64,000 nt of DNA from Centroscyllium fabricii (lineage: Eukaryota). The notes below the pieces were generated by a model. The model saw only the letters and a list, made by a program, of their open reading frames with translations, did not search any database and had not been told where the DNA came from. Location: positions 557,752,001-557,816,000 of the forward strand of contig JBNRSN020000003.1 of the NCBI GenBank assembly GCA_051313645.2, given 5' to 3'. This document shows, piece by piece, positions 36,480 to 49,196 of the stretch; within the stretch, counting starts at the first letter, position 1, and each line of letters begins with the position of its first letter. The position numbers and the translations under genes are program-made.

Positions 36480-37375
36480 CAGGTTGTGCACCGTTAATCC
36501 GTTACCCGATAAGCCGGCAGCTTCAGTCTTCCGGAACAAATTGCCCCGACTGCCCTGCGCATGCGCAAAATGGCCGCCATGATTGATGCTTCAGTGAATG
36601 ATCTGCACATGCGCCGCCGAACGGCGAGCGCATGCGCAGATCATTCACAATGGCCGCCGAAGTTTTTAATGATCTGCACATGCACTGCCGAACGATCCCG
36701 GGCCGGGCCTTCCCGAGCCTTGCCTTACCGAGCCGGGGCTTCCAGAGCCGGGCCTCGCCAAGCCTTCCCGAGCCAGGCCGGGGCTTCCCGAGCCGGGGCT
36801 TCCCGAGCCGGGGCTTCCCGAGCCGGGCCTCACCAAGCCTTCCCGAGCCAGGCCGGGGCTTCCCGAGCCGGGCCTCGCTGGGGCTCCCCAAGCCGGGCCT
36901 TACCGAACGATAAGCGCATGCGCAGATTGTGACCGAAATAACGACCTCGTGGACGAGTAGTTAGAAGGGTGAAACAATGCGGCTTTTATTCACTAAATGG
37001 TGGACATGCACCAGGTAGTCGACCGTCTCCAGGAATGGCCGGGGGATGGGAGACGGCCTCTTATATACCTCCTCCTGGGAGGGAGGAGTCGCGGGCGGAG
37101 CCAGCCTGGGCATGTCCAGGTAATCTTACAACAGGTTATACAGGTTATGGATATAAGCATGATTACAGAGATACATCATAGGGTGGGTATATACAATGGA
37201 AACAGTGGGAAACAGTGGTTTATCACACAGACCACTCAAAATGGCCGCCGGCCTTTCGTGCTGGCCATTTTGAATGGTCTGCGCATGCGCTCGCCGAAGC
37301 TTCAATGGTTGGGGATTTTCACTTTCCCGGCACGGGCCTGGTCTCGCCCGTGCCGGATTAACGGTGCTCAGCCTG
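36480..37375. mobile_element. Tc1/mariner(pogo)-like MITE
   Basis: TA TSD; 22-bp TIR CAGGTTGTGCACCGTTAATCCG (20/22 match); internal GCCGGGGCTTCCCGA tandem repeat at 36700-36900. Confidence 0.85.
36928..37227 (-). mobile_element. Solo LTR related to the 28920 Gypsy LTR
   Basis: Minus strand starts TGTGATAAACCACTG and shares GACATGCCC and TAGTGAATAAAAGCC motifs; TSD CAGAT/CAGAC. Confidence 0.8.
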
Positions 37376-37585
37376 TAGTTCATTACAATCACAACACAAT
37401 CTGTTTTTCAGAAAGCCAGTGCTCAATGCTGGACGCCACTGATACTCAGCCTAAAACTTACAAGCATTCCAATCAGCAAATTTCTTGAACAATCAATTAA
37501 AGTGACCAAGACAAGCTTGTATTTATTTAACAATTAGACTTTGTAGCCCTGAAGGAATACAGTTCTAAATCAGTAGCAGACTATT

Positions 37586-40491
37586 GGGCCATAATTTGCG
37601 GTAGGAGTGACTCTTGCGGCATCTGCCGTTAGTTAGACTTGCCTGATTAATCTTGATGATATTTTGCGCCACAAGTTGCTGTAAGCGTGGGCTGAAAAAC
37701 TCGCAGCGAGGGAAACCAGGCATCTGGAATCGAGTGAAAGGGCAAGCGACTGCGTATCTCCTTAACCAATCAGATTGAAGGATTGTGAAATAAACATCCC
37801 AGGGACTGACAAGGAAGTGTAACATCGAGTGAGTGAATTCAATATCAAATCAAGTACAGAAAGAGAAATAGAGCGGGAGAGAAAGATTAGATTGAGGGAG
37901 AGAGAGAGAGAGAGAGAAAAGTAAAAAAAAGTTTTTAATTTAAAAATTTCACATTTTTAAAATATCCAACAACAATTAAAACCTGAAGGAATGAAGCTCC
38001 ACATTTGTAATAATTTATTTTCGGTGACAGAGAGGCTAATTGGCAGTAATTAACACTTACCACATTATTAAAAGAATCTCTGACAGCTAATCGAGGCTTA
38101 ATTAAATACGTGCAGATCCTAAATGGCTTCAAAACAGGTTCTTTATGACACATCAGACCAGTTCAAACATTCTGTGGCGAGTTTAGTTCGTATCTAACAC
38201 GCAAATACAGCAACTTCACACCACTTAATGCACTTCAACACTGAGCCAGGCAGCGAGATACCATTGTCACAAAGCTAACGGCGAGTGGCGCACCTTATCA
38301 TAGAATCATAGAAGATAGGAGCAGGAGTAGGCCATTCAGCCCTTCGAGCCTGCTCCGCCATTCAATGAGATCATGGCTGATCTTTAGCAAGCTAGTACCC
38401 TGTCCCCGCCTTTTCTCCGTAACCTTTAATCTCTTTAGCTTGAAGAAATATATCCAATTCCCTCTTGAATATGTTTAATGAACTGGCCTCCACCGCCCTC
38501 TGTGGCAAGGAATTCCACAGGCCCACCACTCTCTGAGTGAAGAAATTCTTCCTCATGTCTGTCCTAAATGGTTTACCCCTTATTCTTAGACTGTGGCCCC
38601 TGGTTCTGGACTCCCCCGCCATTGGAAACATTCTCTCTGAATCTAACCTGTCCAGACCTTTCAGAATTTTATACGTCTCAATGAGATCGCCTCTCAATCT
38701 TCTAAACTCCAACGAGTACAAGCCCAGACTACATAGTCTCTCCTCGTAGGTCATTCCTGCCATTCCAGGAATCAGCCTGGTGAAACGCCGCTGCACTCCT
38801 TCCATGGCAAGAACATCCTTCCTCAGGCGAGGCGACCAGAACTGTACACAATACTCGAGGTGTGGTCTCACCAGTGCCTTGTACAGCTGTAGCAAGGTAT
38901 CCTTATTCCTATACTCGAACCCTCTTGATATGAAGGCCAACACACTATTTGCCTTCCTAACCGCCTGCTGCACCTGCGTGCTCGCCTTCAGCGACTGGTG
39001 CACAAGAACACCCAGGTCTCTTTGCACCTCCCCATCTCTTGCCATTTAAGTAATAATCTACCCTCCTGTTTTTGCCCCCAAAGTGGATAACCTCACATTT
39101 ATCCACATTATAGTGCATCTGCCATCTATCTGCCCAGTCCCCCAACTTATCCAAATCGCCCTGTAACTTCCTGACACCCTCTTCAGAGCCTGCCCCCCCT
39201 CCTAGTTTGGTGTCATCTGCGAATTTGGAGATATTACATTCAATTCCCTGATCCAGATCATTAATATATATTGTAAACAGCTGGGGTCCCAGGCCAGACC
39301 CCTGCGGTACCCCACTAGTCACCGGCTGCCACTCAGAAAACGAGCCGTTAATTACAACTCTCTGTTTTCTATCTGCCAACCAGTTCTCTATCCACATCAA
39401 AACTTTGCCCCCAATCCCATGAGCCTTAATTTTACATGCTAATCTTTTATGTGGAACCTTATCGAAGGCTTTCTGGAAGTCAAGGTACACCACATCTACT
39501 GGCTCTCCCCCATCTATTTTCCGAGTTACTTCCTCAAAGAATTCCAATAGATTAGTTAAACACGATTTACCTTTTGTAAATCCATGTTGACTCTGTCCGA
39601 TCTCATCCCTAATTGTCAAATGCTCCGAGATTACATCCTTGATAATGGACTCGAGCATTTTGCCCACTACTGATGTAAGGCTTACTGGTCTATAATTCCC
39701 TGCTTTCTCTCTGCCCCACTTTTTAAATAGTGGGGTAACATTAGCCACCCTCCAATCCGTGGGTACTGATCCAGAGTCTATCGAGTTCTGGAAAATGATC
39801 CTTAAAGCACCCGCTATTTCCAGGGCCACCTCTTTAAGTACCCTAGGATGTAGATTATCAGGCCCTGGGGATTTGTCGGCCTTCAATCCCTTCAACTTCC
39901 CCAAAACCATCTCCTTAGAAATACTGATATCTGTCAGCTCCTCCCTTGCATTAGACCCTATGTTCGCTGCTATCCCTGGGAGGTTGCTTGTGTCCTCCTT
40001 TGTGAAGACAGAACCAAAATATGAATTTAGTTGGTCTGCCATTTCTTTATTCCCCATTATATATTCCCCTGCAAGGGACCGACTTGGGATTTTACCAATC
40101 TTTTCCTCTTGATGTACCTATAAAAGCTTTTGCAGTCAGTTTTTATGTTTGCCGCAAGCTTACATTCGTAATCTATCTTCCCCCTCCTGATTAATCCCTT
40201 TGTCTTCCTTTGCTGTATCCTGAACTGCTCCCAATCTTCCGGCCTGGTAGTTTTTTTGGCCAATTGATATGCCCATTTTTTGGATTTAATGTTGTCCCTT
40301 ATTTCCCTTGTTATCCACGGTTGAGTCACCTTTCACAAAGCTAACGGCGAGTGGCGCACCTTGGACAGCAACTTTTGAATTTCCGCATTTAACTGCGCAG
40401 GTGCCCTTGCCTGAAGTTGCTGTAGCATTTGTGCATAAATAAAGGCGAGTATTATTAACCTTGCCATTCTTTTGACAGCAAATTATGGGCC
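37586..40491. mobile_element. Harbinger-like MITE (TIR GG(G/C)CCATAATTTGC) split by a CR1
   Basis: TIR-like ends at 37586 and 40478-40491. Confidence 0.6.
38297..40332 (-). mobile_element. Young CR1 LINE, 5'-truncated, with small internal deletions
   Basis: RT ORFs 38392-39045, 38957-40057 and 40057-40329; 30-bp flanking duplication. Confidence 0.93.
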
Positions 40492-40802
40492 AACACATTG
40501 TGTATTACATGGCATAACACTGCTGTCCTTGTATCATCCAACTTACTTTGAGCTACACCACGAGAGATCTACTCGTCCACATGGACTGCAGCGGTTCAAG
40601 AAGGTGGCTCACCACCACCTTCTCAAGAGCAAGAAGGGATGGGCAATAAATGCTGACCTTGTCAGCGATGCCCAGATCCCATGAATGAATAAAAAAGACA
40701 GGTAAAGTAACACAACATACCATATTTTAAAATGTTCTTTGGGTTATATGGTAATAGCACATGAAGCTGAAAGGATGACTGATATAAGGATGTTGGGCTG
40801 AC

Positions 40803-40976
40803 CTTCTGGGCTGCAGGTGGGTCTCAAATCCATTCCTTGATGCACTGCAGTTACTTTCTAAGGGTTGTCCTGTGAAGATGGAATAGTCAGAACCTGGAGT
40901 CAGCCACTTCCGTCTTGTAACGTCATCAGTTGGAGTTTTTGTAGGAGAATGATATGCATCAGGATGATGGAAAAGG
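40803..40976 (-). CDS. MPHOSPH9: MPHOSPH9 exon (...DVTRRKWLTPGSDYSIFTGQPLE...)
   Basis: 174 nt, phase 2-2, gtcagc donor; matches DVSRRKWLIPGAEYSIFTGQPLD. Confidence 0.92.
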
Positions 40977-41639
40977 CTGTTTTTGATAACACAAGAGAAT
41001 GTTTATCCATATTTTCAGTTCAGACTGGTCTGCTTTAAGCTCTCTAAATGTGGCATAAACAAAAGTTATTCTTCCTGTAACAAGAACATAAGAAATAGGA
41101 GCAGGAGTCGGCCACTTAGCCCCTCGAGCCTGCTCCACCATTCAATGAGATCATGGCTGATCTTCTACCTCATCTCCCCTTTCCTGCACTATCCCCATAT
41201 CCCTGGATTCCCTTAGTATCCAAAACTCTCATCAATCTCTGTCTTGTATATGTCTCTGCATAATAAAGGTTATGCTTAAATATTTTATATCACTTGCATA
41301 CAAAATATTCTCCACTAAACAGGATATTACAATACTTCACTTTCCCTCTTAAATATAAGGCTCCCGCTGGGAGGTGCTTTGGAATGCCAGACTAACTCAT
41401 TTACCACTATACACATTTTAAAGTAAAACTTAAATTACAGAGATTGTTTCTTGGAATGCTGACAGAACACTTTGAAATAATTGTAGATTTTGTCCTTAAC
41501 ACAAGCAAACCGAGTAAAGTCAACTCTTCTTTATCCTTACACACAGAAAGCGAGGAGCATGAAGTTCATAAAAATAATGACAGTGGCATTTGCAGCAGCC
41601 ACACTGTTCATTTGGAGTAGTTGTGATTTTGTGAATGAT

Positions 41640-43065
41640 TAGAATTTACAGAAAAAATTAAAGGAAAATCCTAAGCTGTTTTCTAAGTATATTAAGGGCA
41701 AGTGGATAACCAGGGAAAGATTAGGGCCCATTAGGGACCAAAGTGGCAATCTGTGTGTAGAGCCAGAAGATGTAGGTGAGGTTTTAAATGAATATTTTGC
41801 ATCTGTGTTCACTATGGAGAAGGACAATGGAAACAGAGAAATCAGGCAGAGGGACTATGATTTACTTGAACAAATTAGTATTGAAAGGGAGGAGGTACTA
41901 GTGGTTTTAGCAGGCTTAAAAGTGGATAAATCCCCAGGCTCAGATGAGATGTATCGCAGGCTGCTGTGCGAGGCAAAGGAGGAGATTGCAGGGGCTTGGA
42001 CACAAATTTTCAGAACCTCTCTGGCCACAGGGGATTTACCGGAGGACTGGAGAACAGCTAGCGTAGTACCATTATTCAAAAAGTGTAGCAGGGATAAACC
42101 GGGGAACTATAGGCCAGTGAGCCTAACATCAGTGGTAGGGAAATTATTGGAAAAAATTCTGAGGGACACGATTAGTCTCCACTTGGAGAGGCAAGGAGTA
42201 ATCAAGGATCGTCAGCATGGCTTTGTCAAAGGAAGATCATGTCTGACCAATTTGATTAAATTTTTTGCAGGAATGACTCGGTGTGTGGACGAGGGTAGTG
42301 CAGTGGATGTGGTATACATGGATTTCAGTAAGGCTTTTGATAAAGTCCCGCATAGGAGACTGGTCAAGAAGGTAAGAGCCCATGGGATTCAGGGCACCTT
42401 GGCGCATTGGATTCAAAACTGGCTTAGTGGCAGGAGGCAGAGGGTGATGGTCGATGGTTGTTTTTGTGACTGGAAGCCTGTGTCCAGTGGTGTACTGCAA
42501 GGATCGGTGCTGGGTCCTTTGCTGTTTGTAGTGTACGTTAATGACTTAGATATGAATGTAGGAGGTATGATCAGTAAGTTCGCAGATGACACGAAAATTA
42601 GTGGAGTGGTAAATAGTGAGGAGGGAAGCCTCAGGCTACAGGACGATATAGATGGGTTGGTTAGATGGGCAGAACAGTGGCAAATGGAATTTAACCCTGA
42701 AAAGTGTGAGGTGATGCATTTTCGGAGGACTAACATGGCAAGGGAATACACAATAAATGGTAGGACCCTAGGAAGGACAGAGGATCAGAGGAACCTTGGT
42801 GTGCATGTACATAGATCCCTGAAGACAGCAGGACAGGTAGATAAGGTGGTTAAAAAGGCATATGGGATACTTGCCTTCATTAGCCGAGTCACAGAATATA
42901 AGAGCAGGGAGATTATGATGGAGCTGCACAAAACGCTAGTTAGGCCACAGCTGGAATACTGTGTGCAGTTCTAGTCGCCACACTACAGGAGGGATTTGAT
43001 TGCATTGGAGAGGGTGCAGAGGAGATTCACCAGGATGTTACCTGGGAAGGAGCACTTCAGCTATG
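41640..43065 (+). mobile_element. CR1 LINE RT fragment
   Basis: ORF 41805-42974 (NYRPVSLTS, DFSKAFDKVPH, KFADDTK). Confidence 0.9.
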
Positions 43066-43780
43066 AAAATAGATAAGGCCATCTTAGACTGGGTATTATG
43101 TAATGAGAAAGGATTAATTAGCAATCTTGTTGTGCAGGGCCCCTTGGGTCGGAGCGATCATAATATGATGGAATTCTTCATTAAGATGGAGAGTGAAGTA
43201 GTTGACTCAGAGACTCGGGTCCTGAATTTAAATAAAGGAAACTACGATGGTATGAGACGCGAGTTGGGTAGGATTGATTGGGGAATGTTACTCAAAGGGT
43301 TGACGGTGGATAGGCAATGGCAAACATTCAAAGATCGCATGGATGAACTACAGAATTTGTTCATCCTTGTTTAGCATAAAAATAAAACAAAAAAGGTGAC
43401 TCAACCGTGGCTAACAAGGAAAATTAGGGATAGCATAAGATCCAAGGACAGGACATATAAATTGGCCAGAAAAAGCAGTAAACCTGAGGATTGGGAGCAG
43501 TTTAGGATTCAGCAAAGGAGGACAAAAGGATTAATTAAGAGGGGCAAAATAAAGTACGAGAATAAGCTTTCAGGGAACATAAAAACTGACTGTAAAAGCT
43601 TTTATAGATACGTGAAGAGAAAAAGATTGGTTAAGTCAAGCGTAGGTCCCTTGCAGTCAGAATCAGGGGAATTTATAATGGGGAACAAAGACATTGCAGA
43701 CCAATTAAATACATACTTTGGCTCGGTCTTCACAAAGGAGGACACAAATAACCTCCCAGAGATGTCGGGAAACATGAGTG
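43066..43780 (+). mobile_element. Second CR1 fragment (endonuclease-to-RT linker) joined to the previous copy
   Basis: ILDWVLCNE..LGRSDHN, QPWLTRKIRDSI. Confidence 0.8.
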
Positions 43781-43830
43781 GATGTGATACATTGTTTTAA
43801 GTTTGATTTAGAAAATAAATTTGCATTTAC

Positions 43831-43935
43831 CTGCTGCTTGATGTCCGTGAACAGCTATCTGCACCAGGCCGGAGCTTCAAATAGTTTCGCTCATGTTCTA
43901 CTTGTCTAATCTGGGCCTCAAGTTTTGAAATAACT
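43831..43935 (-). CDS. MPHOSPH9: MPHOSPH9 exon (VISKLEAQIRQVEHERNYLKLRPGADSCSRTSS)
   Basis: tttcag acceptor, gtaaat donor; 105 nt, phase 2-2; matches ISKLEAQVKQVEHE. Confidence 0.93.
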
Positions 43936-43976
43936 CTGAAATGCAAGAATAAGCAATTTCATGACTGTTAAGACAT

Positions 43977-44646
43977 GGGGGCTAAATTGGTCAGTGCACA
44001 AAAAGTGGCGCTGACCTGGGCAATGCGCTATTTTTAGCGGCAGCTCATCGCTGGCGCTAAAAATGCCGATATTCGCTGCATCGTCCATTCCGTTTGGGCG
44101 GCCGCTAAATCGGGCGGGCCACCTCACTCTTCGTGCGAGGCAGCCGAATACCTGGGTGCCGCACGAGGGAGACCTCAGTGGCGGCCCGCGGAACGGCAGG
44201 CCGGCCTCCCCCATTAAAGGGGAGGGGCCTAGCGCGGCAGCAGCGAGAGCCCCACGGGGCCACCGAGGGACTGGGAGACGCCTAACGAGCCTGGCACTCG
44301 GGGGAAGTGCCGGGCTCAGCTGAGGGAAGGCCGGGGGAAACCGAGGGGGAAGGTGCTGGCGGTCGGCCAGCAATAAAAATGGCCGACCGCCGCACTTGCC
44401 TTTAAGCAGCACTCGGGCTGTTTACACAGAAAAGAGCTGGCGCGGGCAGAGCGCCGCGATAAAACGGCGGCCGCTGCCCAATTTCGGACACGCAGTGCCT
44501 CCCAGGCGCTGCGCGGCCTGATGACGTCATTCAGGACGTCCAGCTGGGTGCTAAATTCGTTGGGGCGCTAACAGTTAGCGCCCAGCTGAATTTAGTGCAA
44601 GGCGCTATTTTTGGCGCTAATTCGGCGCTGGCCCAATTTCGCGCCC
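43977..44646. mobile_element. GC-rich MITE (Harbinger-like TIR GGGG/CGC.AAATTGG)
   Basis: GGGGCTAAATTGG ... CCAATTTCGCGCCC with repeated GGCGCTAA subterminal motifs. Confidence 0.6.
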
Positions 44647-44672
44647 AATGACTACTTAAAATTTAGGTTATA

Positions 44673-45352
44673 CAGGTTGTGCACCATTAATCCGCCACGG
44701 GCGGGACCAGGCCCGTGCCGGGAAACTGAAAAAACCGGGAGAACGAAGTTGGACACTGCGCATGCGCACCATTCAAAATGGCCGCGCGCATGCGCACAAC
44801 ATTGGGATTGGCTGGCGCGCGCATGCGCAGATCAACCAATAATGGCTGCCACGAAGTTTTTTGAGGGGCTCAGGCTTGTGTGGCGTTCCGTTTGGTTTTT
44901 AGGGCTGTCGGGCAGCAGTGAAAGGCTGGTCTTGCAGGGGGGGAAGGAGGGTTGTGCGGGCGCGGGTCGGGCCCAGTAGGTCCGCCTTCCCTCTCCATCG
45001 CCTTTCGGGTTGCTGCTGCCGCCGAGCCGGACTCAGGCTGACAGCTGTTGCCTAGTGACTGTCCGCCTCAGTCACGGGGCTCAGCTGTCGAGAAAATAAC
45101 CGGCGGCCGTATTGAATTATCTGCGCATGCGCTAGCCGTCCGGCGACGCATGCGCAGATCATTCAAAACACCCGGCAGCCATTTTGAATGATCTGCGCAT
45201 GCGCTCGCTGTTCAGTGGCGCATGCGCAGATCATTCGCTGAAGCCGCGATGGCGGCTGCCATCTTGCGCATGTGCAGTGCAGTCGGGGCAATTTGTGGCG
45301 GCAGACTGAAGCTGCCGGTTTTTCGGGACACGGATTTTCGGTGCACAACCTG
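44673..45352. mobile_element. Tc1/mariner(pogo)-like MITE, same family as 36480-37375, opposite orientation
   Basis: TA TSD; TIR CAGGTTGTGCACC at both ends. Confidence 0.85.
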
Positions 45353-46381
45353 TATTAATATTCAATTAAACAAAACCCACCCTCAGAAGTTACATATTCA
45401 AATGCAGGCAAGTCCATAAGGGAATGATTATTAAATAGTCAATGGACTGAACATTAGAAGCTGCTCCAAAGGGATAAGGAACTTGTCCTGATGTTCCCCC
45501 CAAGTGGGAGATGATTGACATCTGTCCCACCTCTTGATCCACAGCCAAGATTGGGACTTCACTGATGGGGAACCTGCATGCTACCAAGCAGTGAGACACA
45601 GCGCTGTGCTGCATCAGCAACCTATCGTATTAAAATTCCACAATTTTAAGTAAAACAAAATAAATGGAAGTTTGGGGCAAAGTGCTGGAAAAGTAATGGC
45701 AATACGCATCATTAACAGGGAGGACTGCGAAACCAGGAGGATCAAGCAAATACACATGTCATTGTATTTGTTTTTATGTTTCAAATATTTGCCTGTAAAG
45801 TATGTTTGAAAATGTAACTGCTTGTGTATATTTATAGTTATTTATGACCGCGCCATCTGTCACTGAACACACAAAAGTAGGACCAATGGTGAAATCACGA
45901 CTGCAGGTGTGTTAAGATGCAAGCTGCAGCTGGTTGATTGAACCATAAAAGTTTACAGCACTGGAGGAGGCTGCTTGGCCCATTGCTCCTGTCACAACTC
46001 TTTAGTACAGCAATCGAAAAGAATTCCACTGCCCAGTTACACATTTCCAGCTCTAAAATATTAAAAAGGGCTATGAGCTAGACTCTGTATGCTTATTTTG
46101 TAAAAAAACATTAGAATTATGAATATTACGTTTGTAAAGAATACAATGGTAACCATGGAAACATGAAAAGAATCAATGAGGCTGAACACCAAGGGGCATC
46201 TGTGATGATCATGAATTCTTTGGCCTGATCTTATTCAAATGTGAATGTTCCATGCATCATTGCTGCCAAGTGTATACTCACTTTCAAAACTGCATAAAAA
46301 TAACCAATTTGTCTGAATTAAGCATGCTTCCCAAGAAGCTTTACAGCATTATGTAACAAAAGCAAGATCCGATCATCTCAC

Positions 46382-46446
46382 CTTTTCAGCTCGGAGATCT
46401 GAGAATTTGCATCAAATAGTTTATCTTCTGTCGTGTTCAAAGTCTC
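46382..46446 (-). CDS. MPHOSPH9: MPHOSPH9 exon (ETLNTTEDKLFDANSQISELKR)
   Basis: 65 nt, phase 0-2, gtgaga donor; matches DALNTTENKLLDAYTQISDLKR. Confidence 0.93.
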
Positions 46447-46599
46447 CTAGTCAAAAAAGAAAAACAACAATTACTGACAGTACAAAGAGACTGTCCACAT
46501 TTATATGTTCCATGTGGGAAAAATCATCAGGGTTTATGGCAATAAACAGTAACCTTCAGATTACAGCCTCCCAAACTCTGCAAAAGAATGCAGAATTAC

Positions 46600-46647
46600 C
46601 TTTACTCGTTCGTGCTCTTTTCCTAGTGACTCATATTCTGTAAGCAG
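46600..46647 (-). CDS. MPHOSPH9: MPHOSPH9 exon (LLTEYESLGKEHERVK)
   Basis: ttgcag acceptor, gtaatt donor; 48 nt; matches LLGEYESLGKEHRRVK. Confidence 0.93.
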
Positions 46648-46842
46648 CTGCAATAGAAAAGGGAGGTTAGCTTTTACATTTGAACCAAAAATTAAATACT
46701 GCATTTACAAATTCTGTTAATTGAAGAATAGTGAACTCCAGCAAAAACTCTGTATAAAGGCAAGAGAAATAGATCAGTACAAATGCTGGCTCAGTCACTC
46801 TCTCAAGCCAGCTTAATCCCAATAAATGAATGTGTGACTCAC

Positions 46843-47058
46843 ATCCTGTAGTTTTTTGTGCTCTTGCTTCATTCTGGAGTCTTTATTATCAGAGTGTTTG
46901 TAAGCTTTTTCAAAAGCTTCTTCTAGGCCTTTCAGCCTGCTATTGAGTTTGTAGACCATGTTATCTTTCTCCTTGTTCGCTTTTCGCATTTCATCAAGAC
47001 GTTGTTGTAAAGCCTGGGCCACGGAACAAACTGCATCATAGTGTCCAGGCCAGTCAGC
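46843..47058 (-). CDS. MPHOSPH9: MPHOSPH9 coiled-coil exon (ADWPGHYDAVCSVAQALQQRLDEMRKANKEKDN...KLQD)
   Basis: 216 nt, phase 0-0, gtgagt donor; EKDN...LEEAFE.AYK.SD.K motif. Confidence 0.93.
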
Positions 47059-47461
47059 CTAACCAAAAGTACAAGAATAATCTTCAACAGTTGGAAAATA
47101 AATGACTTGAAATAAATAAACTAGCAAGTTATTATTGGCTTTTTTGTGGATGCTACAAGCTGTTTCAATACTCTACAGGCTCTATTCACTGTACAAATAC
47201 TTTCTAAGCTATTATAGTCTTCACTTAGGACTGAAGGGATTAGCTTCCTCAGACTACAGTACTAGCTCAAAATTATGCACAAATTTCATAAGAACGTAAG
47301 TAGTAGGAGCAGGAGTAGGCCATACGGCCCTTCTTGCCTGCACCGCCATTTAATAGGATCATGGCTGATCCGAACTTAGATTTACGTCCACTTCCCTGCC
47401 CGTTCCCAGATAATAACTGCTAGAGGTAATGCTGATGTTCTGTTCAAGGACTTCTACCCAC

Positions 47462-47549
47462 CAGCTGCATTTCCATTAAGTAGTTCTTGTTCTCTAGGTC
47501 GCTAATACGATTGCCAGCTTCAGATAAAGCTCCTTCTAGTTGTTCACAT
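47462..47549 (-). CDS. MPHOSPH9: MPHOSPH9 coiled-coil exon (CEQLEGALSEAGNRISDLENKNYLMEMQL)
   Basis: ttttcag acceptor, gtgggt donor; 88 nt, phase 2-0; matches CGQLDSALHEATSRVRTLENKN. Confidence 0.92.
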
Positions 47550-48192
47550 CTGAAAATTCAAAGTGACTGTTAGAACTATTACAAAGTTTACACAAAGTTA
47601 ACAATGCTCATTAAAATATTACGCACAAGGTATGTATTTTGGGTAATCAAATTTGGCACAGTGTCCCTAAACTAGGGATGTGGGGATATGTGTTAATTGT
47701 GTTTGCCATTATCTCTTAAAGGTTGTGATCAAGTTTTCAGCAATTTATTTGCTCTCCAAGTTCACTGAGACTCCAGACTGCGGCAGAGTTTGCCTCAGCT
47801 AATACTGAAACCAGATATTGTTTGAGCCCCATGTTAGCAAATTCTGCAGCCCTTTTCATACCACAGTAATCTATACCTACAGCAACAGCAATCTGATCAC
47901 CTCACTGACAGAATCCAAACTCTGGCGGTCCCATAACACACAAATCTGTAGGTGCCCCGTAACGCACTTTGACAGCACTAGTGTACTGTGCTGTAGCAGG
48001 TCCAAATTCACTTGTGCTTTTGGGGGCTTTAAATCTCGGATTTCAATGTTGATTATTTTAAGCAAGGTCTTTGTAATTTGCATGGAGTATAAGAAATAAT
48101 TTTCTATGATCTTCAGTTATGATTAATCACGCTAGAAAAAATATATTTTTGTTATATATTTGAACACTTCAAATATATGTATGTAAAATCAC

Positions 48193-48348
48193 CTTTTTAA
48201 AAGATTCTTGTGTTTCTCTGCTTCAAATATTGCAGAAGGTCTATTTACGGTTTCCAGTTTTTCCTTCAGGCTGTTGATTTCTGCCTCATAATAGGCTCTA
48301 ATATCAGCCACATGACGCGCATGCTTCTCACGTAGGTTTAGGCGAGCT
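48193..48348 (-). CDS. MPHOSPH9: MPHOSPH9 exon (ARLNLREKHARHVADIRAYYEAEINSLKEKLE...)
   Basis: Near-identical to the diagnostic LKEKHARHIADLRAYYESEINSLKQKLE; ttttcag acceptor, gtgatt donor; 156 nt, phase 2-2. Confidence 0.95.
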
Positions 48349-48708
48349 CTGAAAATAAAATTCCATTTAAAAAAAGAATCTGAATTTAAGTTTACTGTGC
48401 AGAAGTAAATTGGATTGACTGTACAGTACTGTATCATCACATTTAGCATTTGAAATATTATATGTTTATGCAAACAATATCTAGCAAATTTCAAGTTCTG
48501 CAACTATGTACTGGGCAACCATGCTGAAGTCTGGATTCAGCATCCGCTGAAAATAGCTGACACCATGACACGGCACATTAAAGTGCTGTTACACATCAAA
48601 AACTGTCTAAAAGCAGTTGGGAGATCCAAATAGATTAATAGCAATATAAAAATTAAAAGTTTCTTAAATTTTGAAGTATTTTCTTATAAAGTGTTAAAAG
48701 TCACTTAC

Positions 48709-49196
48709 ATGGATAACATGATAGGATCTTCAAGATTTGATGCAGATATATTATGGTCCAATGATCCACTTACACTATTTGTAATCCCTGACTGCCCAAT
48801 ACAGGGCACAGATGGTGGGGTCAATGTGGAACTGCTGTCCTCCCCTTGCTCATGTGATGAGCTTGCATTCCTAGTTTGCTTTAAGGTTACAGAATGTTGA
48901 CCATGCACAGCAGAGGGAGCCCGAGAAGCAGGGTGGAGATTCCAGTTCTGCAATGGTGACGAGCTTTTCTGCGGGGAACATCTGGAAGTACTGGTCAATT
49001 CTGGTCCTGGAGCAGTACCTACACGTGAATCTGAATCAGGATCCGTATAGCTGTGTATGGTTACACCCACTATAGAGTCAGGGCTAACTGAAGACCGGGT
49101 ATCAGGTTCTGAAATTGCTACTGGAGTACTGAATTGATAACGTGGAGAAAATGCTGCAGTTGGCTTCATATGAAGAGTGGGATCGAGTGTTAAAAC
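48709..49196 (-). CDS. MPHOSPH9: MPHOSPH9 large Ser/Pro-rich exon (VLTLDPTLHMKP...LEDPIMLS)
   Basis: AG acceptor after a pyrimidine tract, gtaagt donor, 488 nt, phase 0-2; VLTLDPTLHMKP and LEDP motifs as in MPHOSPH9. Confidence 0.92.
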
